The translations under genes and the position numbers were made by a program. Positions 18,835-28,670 of a DNA stretch of 64,000 bases are shown here, in pieces. The notes beneath the pieces were generated by a model, which saw only the letters and a list, made by a program, of their open reading frames with translations, did not search any database and was not told the origin of the DNA. The stretch covers positions 1,696,001-1,760,000 of the forward strand of contig CAXXOA010000002.1 of NCBI GenBank assembly GCA_963666275.2, in the 5' to 3' direction. Source of the stretch: Oceanispirochaeta sp. Lineage in GTDB: Bacteria; Spirochaetota; Spirochaetia; DSM-2461. The first letter of the stretch is position 1; the number at the start of each line of letters is the position of its first letter.

Positions 18835-19923
18835 ATGAACAGAAAAAGAATGGAGCTGATCGCCGAAATCGGAACAGCTCACCAGGGTGATCTCGGCCGG
18901 GCGGAAAAACTGATACGCCAGGCCGGCAGAGCCGGAGCGGACTGCCTTAAGTTTCAGATTGTTCTGGCCAGGGAGATCCTTCATCCCGATACGGGGCTGG
19001 TGGAGCTGCCCGGCGGTGCAACTCCTCTCTACGAGGTGTTTCAGTCGCTGGAGCGGGAAGACTCTTTCTATTCGGATCTCAAATCCATGACAGAAGCCGA
19101 GGGCCTAGAGTTCCTGGCAACTCCTTTCGGCCTGGAGAGTGCGGCTCTCCTGCGGGAACTCTCTCCCCGGCGGGTAAAAATCGCCTCTCCCGAGGTAAAT
19201 CATCTTCCCCTTCTGAGGGATGTGTCTTCCTGGGGTGTTCCGGTTCTGCTCTCTTCGGGGGTCTCTCTTCTGGGGGATCTTGAGGAAGCTCTGGATATCC
19301 TGGGGCGGGAGTCCACAACCATTCTTCATTGCGTCACATCCTATCCGGCTCCGGAAGAGGATTATAACCTCAATCTCCTCCCTCATCTCTCAGGATTGAT
19401 GGGAGTGCCCGTGGGGGTTTCAGATCATACTCTTGATCCTCTCCTGATTCCCTCTCTTGCCTTCATGAAGGGCGCCGGAATACTGGAAAAACATTTTACC
19501 CTGGACAGAAAGGATCCCGGACTGGATGATCCCATTGCACTGGATCCGGGAGATTTCCGGAAAATGCGTGACTTTCTGGATAAACTGGCTGATTTTGACT
19601 CTTCCGCTAAAGTTCTGAAGTCTCTGCAGGAGACATTCGGAACAGACAGGATGCAAAGCGCTCTGGGCCGGGGGGTAAAGACTCTGGCCGACAGTGAGCG
19701 GCAGAACTACGGACTGACCAACCGGAGTATACATGTGACCCGGGAGCTTCATCCCGGAATGGTTCTGAAACAGGAGGACCTTGCGGTTCTCCGAACGGAA
19801 AAGATCCTCCATCCGGGACTTCATCCCCGGTATCTGGAGCTTCTGCCCGGTAAAATAGTGAAACGATTCATCCCTTCCGGAGAAGGTCTGGTTTGGGAAG
19901 ATGTACTTGAAAAAGGAGACTGA
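18835..19923 (+). CDS. NeuB/SpsE-family nonulosonic acid synthase with C-terminal SAF domain
   Basis: IAEIG, VKIASPE, LHCVTSYP, GVSDHT, LEKHFTL, SAF-like tail. Confidence 0.88.
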   Translation: MNRKRMELIAEIGTAHQGDLGRAEKLIRQAGRAGADCLKFQIVLAREILHPDTGLVELPGGATPLYEVFQSLEREDSFYSDLKSMTEAEGLEFLATPFGLESAALLRELSPRRVKIASPEVNHLPLLRDVSSWGVPVLLSSGVSLLGDLEEALDILGRESTTILHCVTSYPAPEEDYNLNLLPHLSGLMGVPVGVSDHTLDPLLIPSLAFMKGAGILEKHFTLDRKDPGLDDPIALDPGDFRKMRDFLDKLADFDSSAKVLKSLQETFGTDRMQSALGRGVKTLADSERQNYGLTNRSIHVTRELHPGMVLKQEDLAVLRTEKILHPGLHPRYLELLPGKIVKRFIPSGEGLVWEDVLEKGD

Positions 19924-19930
19924 ATACGCA

Positions 19931-21826
19931 ATGGCTATGATGAAAGATATAAGAACAGGTTTTGATGTGCTGGATCCTGAAACACCCCTGTTTAAAGATT
20001 CCCTGCCGACCTTCGAAGAGGTTCAGGAGGCGCTGAAACCCATGATCCTTTCCGCTTCAGGATGGAGAAAAGTTTTTGCTGCAGACGGTGATGAGGAAAG
20101 TGTCTGTCCCGACCTGACGGCAGCGGATACCTTTCTCTGCGCTGCCATGGCGGAAGTGTTTACTGCCTACCTGAGAGAAGTAGCGGAAAAAGAGAATCCA
20201 CTGGTCATCCTGGGAATGGACGCCCGGTATACAGGGCCTGCCATGGCGGATGCCATGCTCCGGGTTCTGCTGGCCCGTGGGGTTCAGGTCAGATTTCTGT
20301 ATATATCGGCGGCACCCGAGCTGATGGCCTATGCGGGGCAGTGCAGCGGGGTGGACGGATTCATCTACATTTCGGCCAGTCATAATCCCATCGGACACAA
20401 CGGAGTCAAGTTCGGACTGAATACCGGAGGAGTTCTGGAAGGATCTCAGGCCTCCCGACTGATAGAACTATACAGGGATTTTCTTTCAGATCCTCTGAAT
20501 ATAGCCTCATTGACAGAGCTTTGCGATTCGGTTTCCAGCGATGATATAACTCTCTGTGCGACAGAGATTCCCCGCTGGAAAGGCGAGGCGGAGAATGTCT
20601 ACAGGTCTTTTACTTCCCGGGTGATTTCGGGTGAGGAAGAGGAAGAGAAACAGAGGGTTCTGGAAAACCGCCTGAAACAGGGAATCGCGTCCTCTCCTTT
20701 AGGGGTTGTCGCTGAGCTGAACGGCAGTGCCAGAACTCTCAGTATCGACAATGCCTATCTGTCCTCCCTGGGGATCGCTGTTGTTTCGGTCAATGATGAG
20801 CCGCGTCAGATCAGCCATAGAATTGTCCCCGAAGGGGAGTCTCTGAATCTCTGCCGGGATACTCTGGAGAAAGAGTCTCAGAAAGATCCTTCCTTTCAGC
20901 TGGGATATGTTCCCGACAATGACGGAGACAGGGGGAACCTTGTCTATCTGAACAGCCGGACCGGTAAGGCCGAGATTCTGGAAGCCCAGGAGGTTTTTGC
21001 CCTGTCGGTTCTGGCAGAACTGGCTTATCTGGACTGGAGCGGCCTGCTGGACTGTCAAACCGCTGTAGCCGTAAACGGCCCCACCTCGGGCAGGATCGAT
21101 GAGATTGCCAGGTTTTTCGACAGTTCCGTTTTCAGGGCGGAAGTGGGGGAAGCCAATGTGGTGAATCTGGCCAGAGAGAAAAGAGCTGCCGGATGGCAGG
21201 TCAGGATCCTGGGGGAGGGGTCAAACGGAGGAAACATTACCTATCCTGCGGCTGTGAGGGACCCTCTGAATACCCTGGGAGCTCTTCTGAAGCTGCTGAC
21301 CCTGAGAACAGAGGGGGATAAACCGGGACTCTATCATATCTGGTGCATCAGAAGCGGCCAGCCCGGAAAATACAGGGAGGATTTTACCCTGACCCATATT
21401 CTGGAATCCCTGCCTGCCTACACAACGACCAGTGCCTATGAACCCAGGGCTCTTATGCAGATAAAAACCACCGATCATGCCCTTCTGAAGAGTCGGTATG
21501 AAGAGGTTTTTGCCGGAGAGTGGGAGCTGAAAAAGGAAGAACTGGAAAAAAAATTCGGGATCTGTTCCTGGCAGGAGTGGAATCAGGAGGGCACTGTCTC
21601 CCGTCAGGGTGTGGGTCCCTCTTTCCGCTCGGGAGCCGAAAAAGGCGGGCTTACGATCCGATTCCTGGACAGCAGGGAAAGCTGCACAGGGTATATCTGG
21701 ATGAGGGGCAGCGGGACCGAACCGGTGTTCCGGGTGATGGCGGACTGGAAGGGGAAGGACGCTTCCGGTGAGGAGTATTTCCTGGAATGGCATAAAAGTA
21801 TGATACGGAAGGCAGATGAATCGTAA
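19931..21826 (+). CDS. Phosphoglucomutase/phosphomannomutase-family protein
   Basis: ISASHNP phosphoserine loop, PDNDGDR metal loop, SGTEP; start uncertain (19901-19940). Confidence 0.88.
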   Translation: MAMMKDIRTGFDVLDPETPLFKDSLPTFEEVQEALKPMILSASGWRKVFAADGDEESVCPDLTAADTFLCAAMAEVFTAYLREVAEKENPLVILGMDARYTGPAMADAMLRVLLARGVQVRFLYISAAPELMAYAGQCSGVDGFIYISASHNPIGHNGVKFGLNTGGVLEGSQASRLIELYRDFLSDPLNIASLTELCDSVSSDDITLCATEIPRWKGEAENVYRSFTSRVISGEEEEEKQRVLENRLKQGIASSPLGVVAELNGSARTLSIDNAYLSSLGIAVVSVNDEPRQISHRIVPEGESLNLCRDTLEKESQKDPSFQLGYVPDNDGDRGNLVYLNSRTGKAEILEAQEVFALSVLAELAYLDWSGLLDCQTAVAVNGPTSGRIDEIARFFDSSVFRAEVGEANVVNLAREKRAAGWQVRILGEGSNGGNITYPAAVRDPLNTLGALLKLLTLRTEGDKPGLYHIWCIRSGQPGKYREDFTLTHILESLPAYTTTSAYEPRALMQIKTTDHALLKSRYEEVFAGEWELKKEELEKKFGICSWQEWNQEGTVSRQGVGPSFRSGAEKGGLTIRFLDSRESCTGYIWMRGSGTEPVFRVMADWKGKDASGEEYFLEWHKSMIRKADES

Positions 21827-22454
21827 ATTCCCCGGAATAAGAACTATACTTTTTGATGTGGATAATACTCTCTATGATGCCGAGTGCGGTGTGGAAACCG
21901 AAATGAGCCGCAGGATCGATCTGTTTGTCTGTGAGTTTCTGGGAGTCAGCCAGGCGGAATCCCGGGAACTGAGGGCCCGGTATCTTCCTGTTTACGGGAC
22001 CACCCTCCGATGGCTTCAGGTCTGTCACGGCATGGATGATGTTGACAGGTATATGGATGAGGTTCATCCGAAAAACCTGGAGGACTATATAGAGAAGAAT
22101 CATCAGCTCCGGGAGATGCTGCAGGGGCTGACTCAGGATCTGGTTGTCTTTACGAACGGACCTGAGTTTCATGCCCGCAGAGTGCTTATAACTCTGGGGA
22201 TTGAAGATCTCTTTCCCTACTTTTTTTCACTGGAGCATATGGGGTTTCAGGGGAAACCCTATGAATCGGCCTATCAGCTGGTTCTTGATAAAATGGATAT
22301 CAGAGCGGAGGAAACCCTTTTTCTTGATGATAAAGAGGTGAATCTGGATACCTTTCAGACAATGGGGGGGCACGGTATCCTTGTGGGATCACAGAAGAGT
22401 TCCCGGAAGTATCCGGTTATAGAAACGATACTCGGCTTGAAAGAGTACCTTTAG
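21816..22454 (+). CDS. HAD-IA hydrolase (pyrimidine 5'-nucleotidase-like)
   Basis: FDVDNTLY, FTNG, KPY, FLDD. Confidence 0.85.
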   Translation: MNRKFPGIRTILFDVDNTLYDAECGVETEMSRRIDLFVCEFLGVSQAESRELRARYLPVYGTTLRWLQVCHGMDDVDRYMDEVHPKNLEDYIEKNHQLREMLQGLTQDLVVFTNGPEFHARRVLITLGIEDLFPYFFSLEHMGFQGKPYESAYQLVLDKMDIRAEETLFLDDKEVNLDTFQTMGGHGILVGSQKSSRKYPVIETILGLKEYL

Positions 22455-22466
22455 AGGGGTTTATAT

Positions 22467-23402
22467 ATGATAAAGAAAGAATTTCCCGGCGAAGATAAGA
22501 AAGAGGCTATGAAGGATTTGACCCGGGACAGACGGTATCATTTTTTCCTTGCCGGAGGAGATGTGCGGGGTGTGCTTATTCACGGCACCCGTATGGTCCG
22601 GGAGATGAAGAATAATCATGAACTGGGCGTCCTTGAGACTATCGTTCTGGGGCAGGCCTATCTCGGTACCGCCCTGATGGCTGCGGGCCTCAAGGAAGAC
22701 GGCGTGGTTCAGCTTAAGGTTGAGTGCGGCGGTCCTCTGCAGGGGCTTTCTGTGGAGGGGGATTCCCATGGAACTGTCAGGGGCTATCTTGTCCAGAATC
22801 CCATTCCCCTTGAGAAGGCTCCCGATACCCTGGATACTTCAGGCCTTTTCGGCCCCGGTTTTCTGTCTGTTACACGGTATACAGTGAAAAGCGGGAAGCC
22901 TTTTACAAGTCAGGTGATGCTGAAGTCGGGCCGCCTGGGAGAGGAACTGGCCGGTTATTATATGGAGTCCGAACAGATTCCCACTGTATTCAATCTGAGT
23001 GTGCAGCTCGACAGAAACGGTGAGGTTGCCGGAGCGGCAGGTCTGTTCCTCCAGGCTATGCCCGGCAGCGATGAGGGCGTTCTGGAAGAGGTTCAGAATG
23101 CGGCGGTTTCCCTGCCTTCCCTGGGCGGTGCCATTGACAGCAGTACGGATATTTCCGTTTTTCTGCAGGAGGCTTTCGGTGATTTTCAGCCTCGTCTGCT
23201 CTCGGATAAACGGGTGGAGTTCTTCTGCAACTGCGAGAGAGACCGGTTCAGACAGTTTCTTATGAATCTCTCGGATGGGGAGAAGACGGAAATCATGGCG
23301 AAAGGGCCCTTTCCTCTGATCACCACCTGTTTCAACTGCAATACCTCCTATGAGTTTGATAAGCAGGAGCTGGATGAGATCTTCAGGGATTCCGTCGAGT
23401 AG
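22467..23402 (+). CDS. hslO: Hsp33 redox-regulated chaperone
   Basis: GTVRGY, YYMESEQIPT, C-terminal CNC...CFNC zinc motif. Confidence 0.92.
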   Translation: MIKKEFPGEDKKEAMKDLTRDRRYHFFLAGGDVRGVLIHGTRMVREMKNNHELGVLETIVLGQAYLGTALMAAGLKEDGVVQLKVECGGPLQGLSVEGDSHGTVRGYLVQNPIPLEKAPDTLDTSGLFGPGFLSVTRYTVKSGKPFTSQVMLKSGRLGEELAGYYMESEQIPTVFNLSVQLDRNGEVAGAAGLFLQAMPGSDEGVLEEVQNAAVSLPSLGGAIDSSTDISVFLQEAFGDFQPRLLSDKRVEFFCNCERDRFRQFLMNLSDGEKTEIMAKGPFPLITTCFNCNTSYEFDKQELDEIFRDSVE

Positions 23403-23554
23403 CTCCCTTTCTCCTCCCGGAGGCAACAGCATCCCTGCCGGAAGGATCATTTTTTTTCTTATTTCTGGAATTATATGATTTTATAGGGATTTCCTTGTGG
23501 AACCGAGCCTGTATAAACTAAAATTTAAATTGAAGTCTATACAGGAGGTTTTGT

Positions 23555-24751
23555 ATGAACGCAAAAGGGTCATTTCCTCTTCTCTTTCCCCTTTTCCTTC
23601 TACTGGCAATACTACTCACTTCCTGTGTCACCAGGGACAGTGAGAATTCTGCAGACGAGACCCTGTGGTCCGATCCCGAACTGGGAGAGAACTATCACGA
23701 TCCCCCCCTGCCTGAAATCCGCCCGGAAGGCCTGACATCCTATGAACTGACCAATATGAAGGTCTATAACCAGAATATCCGTTCGATTGTGAATATTACC
23801 ACTGTGAACCTCTACGGTTCCCGCTACCTGGGCTCCTACTCCATGGAAGGCAGCGGCTCGGGAGTCATCATTTCCGAAAAAGGGTATATCCTGACAAACC
23901 GTCATGTTGTGAACGGGGCTGATCTTGTGGTGGTAACCCTTTATGACGGGACCAACTATCAGGCAAAAAAAATCGGCAGCGATCCCGAAAATGATCTGGC
24001 TATTCTTAAACTGGATCCGAAAGGCAGGGAACTTCACGTTATCAAACCGGGAAAAGCCGGTGATCTTCAGGTGGGACAGGTTGTGCTGGCTCTGGGAAAT
24101 CCTTTCGGTCTGGAAGGAACTCTGACCATAGGAATTGTTTCGGGACTGAACCGCCCCGTTCAGACAGAGGACGGATTTCTGCTGAAAAGCATGATACAGA
24201 CCGATGCGGCCATCAATCCGGGAAACTCCGGAGGAGCTCTGCTCAACTCCCGGGGTGAGCTGGTAGGGATTAATACGATGATTATGGCAAAAGAGGGGTC
24301 GGGAAGTCTCGGCATCGGATTTGCCATTCCCGTGGAGACCGCTTTGAGAGTGGCTCCCGAACTGATCGCCAACGGAAGGGTTCAGAGAGGCTGGATTGAT
24401 ATAGAAGCCCTGTCGCTGACACCGAATCTTGCCAGCCAGCTGGAGATCCCCTTTCTGGATTACGGTGTGATGATTACCACTGTTATCAAGGGAGGCAATG
24501 CCGAGAAGGCCGGTCTGATCGGCGGGACCGAACGGAGAGGGGTCGGGCTGGGCCTCAACAGTGTTCTGGTGGGAGGAGACATAATTGTGAGTCTCAATGG
24601 CAATCCCATCAAGAATGTTCTGGATTACTTCTACGTTCTGGAGAGTTCCCGGCCGGGTGATCAATATCTGATTGAATTTATACGGGAGGGGAAAAAGCTG
24701 GAAGCGGAACTGATCCTGTCAGAGCGTCCCGCCCATTACAGGCACCAGTAG
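23555..24751 (+). CDS. htrA: HtrA/DegP-family serine protease (lipoprotein, PDZ)
   Basis: GSGVII, TNRHVV, DLAILK, IQTDAAINPGNSGG; lipobox LTS-C. Confidence 0.9.
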   Translation: MNAKGSFPLLFPLFLLLAILLTSCVTRDSENSADETLWSDPELGENYHDPPLPEIRPEGLTSYELTNMKVYNQNIRSIVNITTVNLYGSRYLGSYSMEGSGSGVIISEKGYILTNRHVVNGADLVVVTLYDGTNYQAKKIGSDPENDLAILKLDPKGRELHVIKPGKAGDLQVGQVVLALGNPFGLEGTLTIGIVSGLNRPVQTEDGFLLKSMIQTDAAINPGNSGGALLNSRGELVGINTMIMAKEGSGSLGIGFAIPVETALRVAPELIANGRVQRGWIDIEALSLTPNLASQLEIPFLDYGVMITTVIKGGNAEKAGLIGGTERRGVGLGLNSVLVGGDIIVSLNGNPIKNVLDYFYVLESSRPGDQYLIEFIREGKKLEAELILSERPAHYRHQ

Positions 24752-24755
24752 GACT

Positions 24756-26072
24756 TTAATAGAAGAGACTGGTAGAGAGGAGAAACTCGAATCGGTCATC
24801 CGCTTCTTTTGTCAGGAGGTCCCAGCCGAAGGTTGTCCTGACCTGAATGCTTGTGAGTTTGTCAAAGAAGAACAGGAAACTGAATCCCGATGAAAGGCGG
24901 AGATCCTGATCTGCCGAGAAGGAGCTCTTCTCCCGCAGGGTTATTCCTCCGTCCAGAAAGGGCTCTGTCTGCAGTTCCATAACCCCTTCCCAGTCCAGAC
25001 TTTTCACAGAGAATCCGCTGTTCAGGAAGTAGGCGCCCCGTCCGTAGAGATTTTCATCAGCCACTCCCCGCATAAAGATCCCCAGATCGTTCTGTTCATA
25101 TCCCAGAGTTCCCAGGCAGACCTCTCTGAGTGAGACTCCGTATCTGTCCCCGAACGTTTTAAACCAGCGGCTGTCCAGATAGCCCAGCCCTTTGACGCCG
25201 TTATCGGCACTGAAGCTGTAGCGGCCCGAAAGCCCCAGGTCTATGATCACTCCCTCCCGGAAGTTGCCCACCCAGTCCATCCTGTTGAAAACAAGATTCT
25301 GATTGACCCCCAGGGCAAAGGGTTCCTCCCGCATGGGGCCCCCGTCCAGCCTGTTCTGATAGGAGTAGCGCATTGTAAAGACCGGAGCCAGCTGGTAGGT
25401 AAACTCCTCGTTCAGGGAAAAGGCTGTTTCCGTAAGAATCCGGGTTTCATGAAAGGTGTAGTCTTCTATCACATTGCCCGAGTTGTTTTTTCGAATTCTG
25501 TCGTATCTCTGAAGCCACTGGAACTGATAGGTTCTGGGGCCCCAGTGAATATTCCCCAGCGAGGTTTCCACTTCCCACTGCCCTGTGTTCATCCCTTCCA
25601 GCTCTGTTTCCTCGGGAGGAGAGACTTCCACATAGCTGTCCACTTCAAAATCCATAAGAGTGCCGAAAAAGTTGGAATAGAGTATTTTCGATTCCAGGGT
25701 CGGCCCTGTGTTTGTATCGTATTTGGGATACACCAGAGGGATAAAGGTCCAGGCATCCTCAAGGGTTATCTCCAGGGTATAGGTGCTTCCGTTCTGAAGA
25801 GCGGGATCTGGAATGAGACGGGTTTCTATCTCCGAGAATAGGCGGAGGTTATAGAGTCTCTGTTCCAGTCTGGCCACATAAGTGCTGAGTTCCTCCCGGG
25901 TGGAGAAACTCACCTGTTCCGGCAGTCTGAGCTCTTTTTCAAGGGCCCGGGGATTTGTCATCCCATGGATCACATAAGTCCTTTTCCGGATTGTGAAGGC
26001 CGGGGCGGAGGAGTCCTGAGCTGATAGGGAAACTGTGAAAAGTATCAGTGCCATGAAAAGGGCCGGAAACAA
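24756..26072 (-). CDS. Omp85/BamA-TamA-like outer-membrane protein with a single POTRA-like domain
   Basis: Signal peptide; POTRA-like LEQRLYNLRLFSEIE...LEDAWTFIP; beta-strands; ends SLFY. Confidence 0.6.
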   Translation of the reverse strand: MFPALFMALILFTVSLSAQDSSAPAFTIRKRTYVIHGMTNPRALEKELRLPEQVSFSTREELSTYVARLEQRLYNLRLFSEIETRLIPDPALQNGSTYTLEITLEDAWTFIPLVYPKYDTNTGPTLESKILYSNFFGTLMDFEVDSYVEVSPPEETELEGMNTGQWEVETSLGNIHWGPRTYQFQWLQRYDRIRKNNSGNVIEDYTFHETRILTETAFSLNEEFTYQLAPVFTMRYSYQNRLDGGPMREEPFALGVNQNLVFNRMDWVGNFREGVIIDLGLSGRYSFSADNGVKGLGYLDSRWFKTFGDRYGVSLREVCLGTLGYEQNDLGIFMRGVADENLYGRGAYFLNSGFSVKSLDWEGVMELQTEPFLDGGITLREKSSFSADQDLRLSSGFSFLFFFDKLTSIQVRTTFGWDLLTKEADDRFEFLLSTSLFY

Positions 26073-26271
26073 CCTGACTGCAGGGAGTCCGCCGGAGGAG
26101 GCATCATAGGAAAAGGGACGTGAAATCAGAAAAAACCGCCTTGTCTGGGAAAACTGTGAGCTGCCTATTATTGTATCGCCTGATCACAAAAAATCAATCA
26201 ATCCGGGGATTTTCAAACGAAAAATTCATATACCCCGGGACGCTTTCCTTCGGGTTTACCTTTTCACTTTT

Positions 26272-27009
26272 TCAGGAGGAGCTTACAATACTGTCCCAGT
26301 CGTAAAGGGGGACAATCTGCTGACCCGGAGGGACCACAAGATAGTCCTCCGTCCAGCTGCCATCCAGCAGTCCAGCAATGAGTTCTATGCTTCCCTTATG
26401 AAGGGATACTCTGTAGTTTTCCTTTTCCGCCTGTTCGACGACGGTGTCCCGGAGCGGGGAAAGGCTTGTTTCGGGAATTTCAATGTAGTAGAGTTCCCGG
26501 CAGCTGTTCTCATCAGCCCCTTCAATAGTCTCCATAATGTATCGGGCATTCTCTTCGCCGTAGAGTTCCACATACTCTTCATAGCTTTTGTTCAGTCCCA
26601 GAGAGACCCCGACCGAAGATTCATGCAGATAGGAATCCCCCCTTTCGGCATAGCCGATGGAACTGAAGGGGCGGCTGGGATTGTCCTGAAAGAGCTCTTT
26701 GAACCGGCTGCGGGAGCCCAGAAAGAGGGTGCAGCAGTCATGGGCCCGGGGGATCACAAGAGGATAGCGGCGGGAGCTCAGACCGGAGGTTCCGTTGCCG
26801 CAGAGGCCGTAACCCAGAAGGATCGCATCATAATCGATCCCGGACTGCTCTGTTTTATCAATTTCCTCCTGAATGGTTTTTCTCAGGAGATCTCCCGATT
26901 CATGAGCCCCTTTGGGGGTAAAGACCATATCTACCGTATGGGGAGTGCGGGCCACACTCCATCCTATCTCTCTGCTGAGAACTTCGCAGCCAATCAGTTT
27001 CAGTTTCAT
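26272..27009 (-). CDS. DUF1638 domain protein
   Basis: IGCEVL, ILLGYGLCGNG, PRAHDCCTLFLGS signatures. Confidence 0.85.
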   Translation of the reverse strand: MKLKLIGCEVLSREIGWSVARTPHTVDMVFTPKGAHESGDLLRKTIQEEIDKTEQSGIDYDAILLGYGLCGNGTSGLSSRRYPLVIPRAHDCCTLFLGSRSRFKELFQDNPSRPFSSIGYAERGDSYLHESSVGVSLGLNKSYEEYVELYGEENARYIMETIEGADENSCRELYYIEIPETSLSPLRDTVVEQAEKENYRVSLHKGSIELIAGLLDGSWTEDYLVVPPGQQIVPLYDWDSIVSSS

Positions 27010-27128
27010 AATTTCAGATTATACGCGGTTTCTCCCTTTTTTAATGGTATTTTTTTAAGATTTTCGGGACTTCCTTCACCTGTTTCAGGGGTTCCCTATT
27101 CCGGGGGGGATGCATTAGTATTAACCCT

Positions 27129-27782
27129 ATGAAACTCACTGTAATACAGCCGGGGAGGGTTCCCTATCAGGAAGCTCTGGACTGGCAGTACCAACTGGTG
27201 GAAAAACGGCGGGCCCATGAGATCTCAGACACTCTGATTCTTCTGGAACATCCCCCTGTTCTGACCACAGGAAGGCGGGATCAGAGCCACAATATTCTGA
27301 TTGATACAGACTCTCTGGGCGTTGAGGTGGTCAGGACAAACCGGGGCGGGGAAGTCACCTATCACGGACCCGGTCAGATGGTGGGGTATATGATCGTGGA
27401 TCTCTCCCAGTTTTCCCGCAGGGTAAAGCAGTTTGTCCATAACCTTGAAGAGGTCTTTGTCCGGGTTCTGGACAGGGATTTTGGAATTCAGGCTCAGCGG
27501 CATGACAGGCACCGGGGCGTCTGGGTGGGCCAGGACAAAATCACCGCCATCGGTCTGGCAATCGAAAAAGAGATCACCATGCATGGATTTGCCTTCAATA
27601 TAAATACCGACCTGAGCCATTTCGACTGGATTGTCCCCTGTGGGATTCAGGACAGGGGAGTGACCTCCCTTGAGAAACTGACAGGAAAAACCTGGCCTCT
27701 GGAGGATCTGAACACACTTGTGTATACCGCCTATGCGGAAGTCTACGGCTATGATGAAGTGGAGGTGAGGCTTGGCCGATAA
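27129..27782 (+). CDS. lipB: Octanoyltransferase LipB
   Basis: [35 protein letters not shown]. Confidence 0.95.
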   Translation: MKLTVIQPGRVPYQEALDWQYQLVEKRRAHEISDTLILLEHPPVLTTGRRDQSHNILIDTDSLGVEVVRTNRGGEVTYHGPGQMVGYMIVDLSQFSRRVKQFVHNLEEVFVRVLDRDFGIQAQRHDRHRGVWVGQDKITAIGLAIEKEITMHGFAFNINTDLSHFDWIVPCGIQDRGVTSLEKLTGKTWPLEDLNTLVYTAYAEVYGYDEVEVRLGR

Positions 27783-28644
27783 AAGCTATCTGAGAAAACC
27801 CGAATGGCTGAAAATCCCCGTCCGAAAGGGAGATAATCTCCATTTTGTGGAGGACCTGCTCAAAGACAGCTCCCTTCATACGGTCTGTAAAGAGGCAAAC
27901 TGCCCCAACCGGATGGAGTGCTACAGTAAAAAAACCGCCACTTTTATGATCCTGGGCAGTGTCTGCACCAGGAACTGCCGGTTCTGTGATGTCACAGAGG
28001 GTAAACCGGGGCATCCGGATCCGGAGGAACCTGCCAAGGTGGCAAGGGCTGTTCAGGAACTGGGGCTCAAATTCGCCGTGATCACATCGGTGACCCGGGA
28101 TGATCTGGCAGACGGCGGTTCCGGGATCTTTGCCGAAGTGGTGAGGCAGATACACCTTCTGGATCCTCCTGTTCAGGTGGAAGTCCTTATCCCCGACTTC
28201 AAGGGGGACCTTTCGTGTCTGAAAATCGTGGCGGATGCGTCTCCTGAGATCATCAACCACAATGTGGAGACAGTCCCCCGGCTCTATCATCAGGTCAGGC
28301 CCCAGGCTGTATACAGCCGTTCGGTGGAACTTTTGGCCCGGGTAAAAGAACTGGATCCTTCTGTAAAAACCAAATCGGGCATGATGCTGGGGCTGGGAGA
28401 GACAAGAGATGAAGTGCTGGCGGTCATGAAGGATTTAAGAGCGGCGGAGGTGGACTTCCTTACAATCGGCCAGTATCTGGCCCCTTCAAAAGAGCACCTC
28501 AGTGTGAAAGAGTATGTTCATCCCGATGTGTTTAAAGGGTATGAAGAAGAGGCCCTGGCCATGGGGTTCAAAGGAGCCGCCTGCGCTCCCTTTGTGAGAA
28601 GCTCCTACAATGCGGCTTCCATGCTCCAGGCCCTGGGAGAGTAG
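27772..28644 (+). CDS. lipA: Lipoyl synthase
   Basis: CX4CX5C, CX3CX2C and RSSY motifs. Confidence 0.97.
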   Translation: MADKSYLRKPEWLKIPVRKGDNLHFVEDLLKDSSLHTVCKEANCPNRMECYSKKTATFMILGSVCTRNCRFCDVTEGKPGHPDPEEPAKVARAVQELGLKFAVITSVTRDDLADGGSGIFAEVVRQIHLLDPPVQVEVLIPDFKGDLSCLKIVADASPEIINHNVETVPRLYHQVRPQAVYSRSVELLARVKELDPSVKTKSGMMLGLGETRDEVLAVMKDLRAAEVDFLTIGQYLAPSKEHLSVKEYVHPDVFKGYEEEALAMGFKGAACAPFVRSSYNAASMLQALGE

Positions 28645-28670
28645 ACTCCCGGGAAATTGATCCGGAAATA

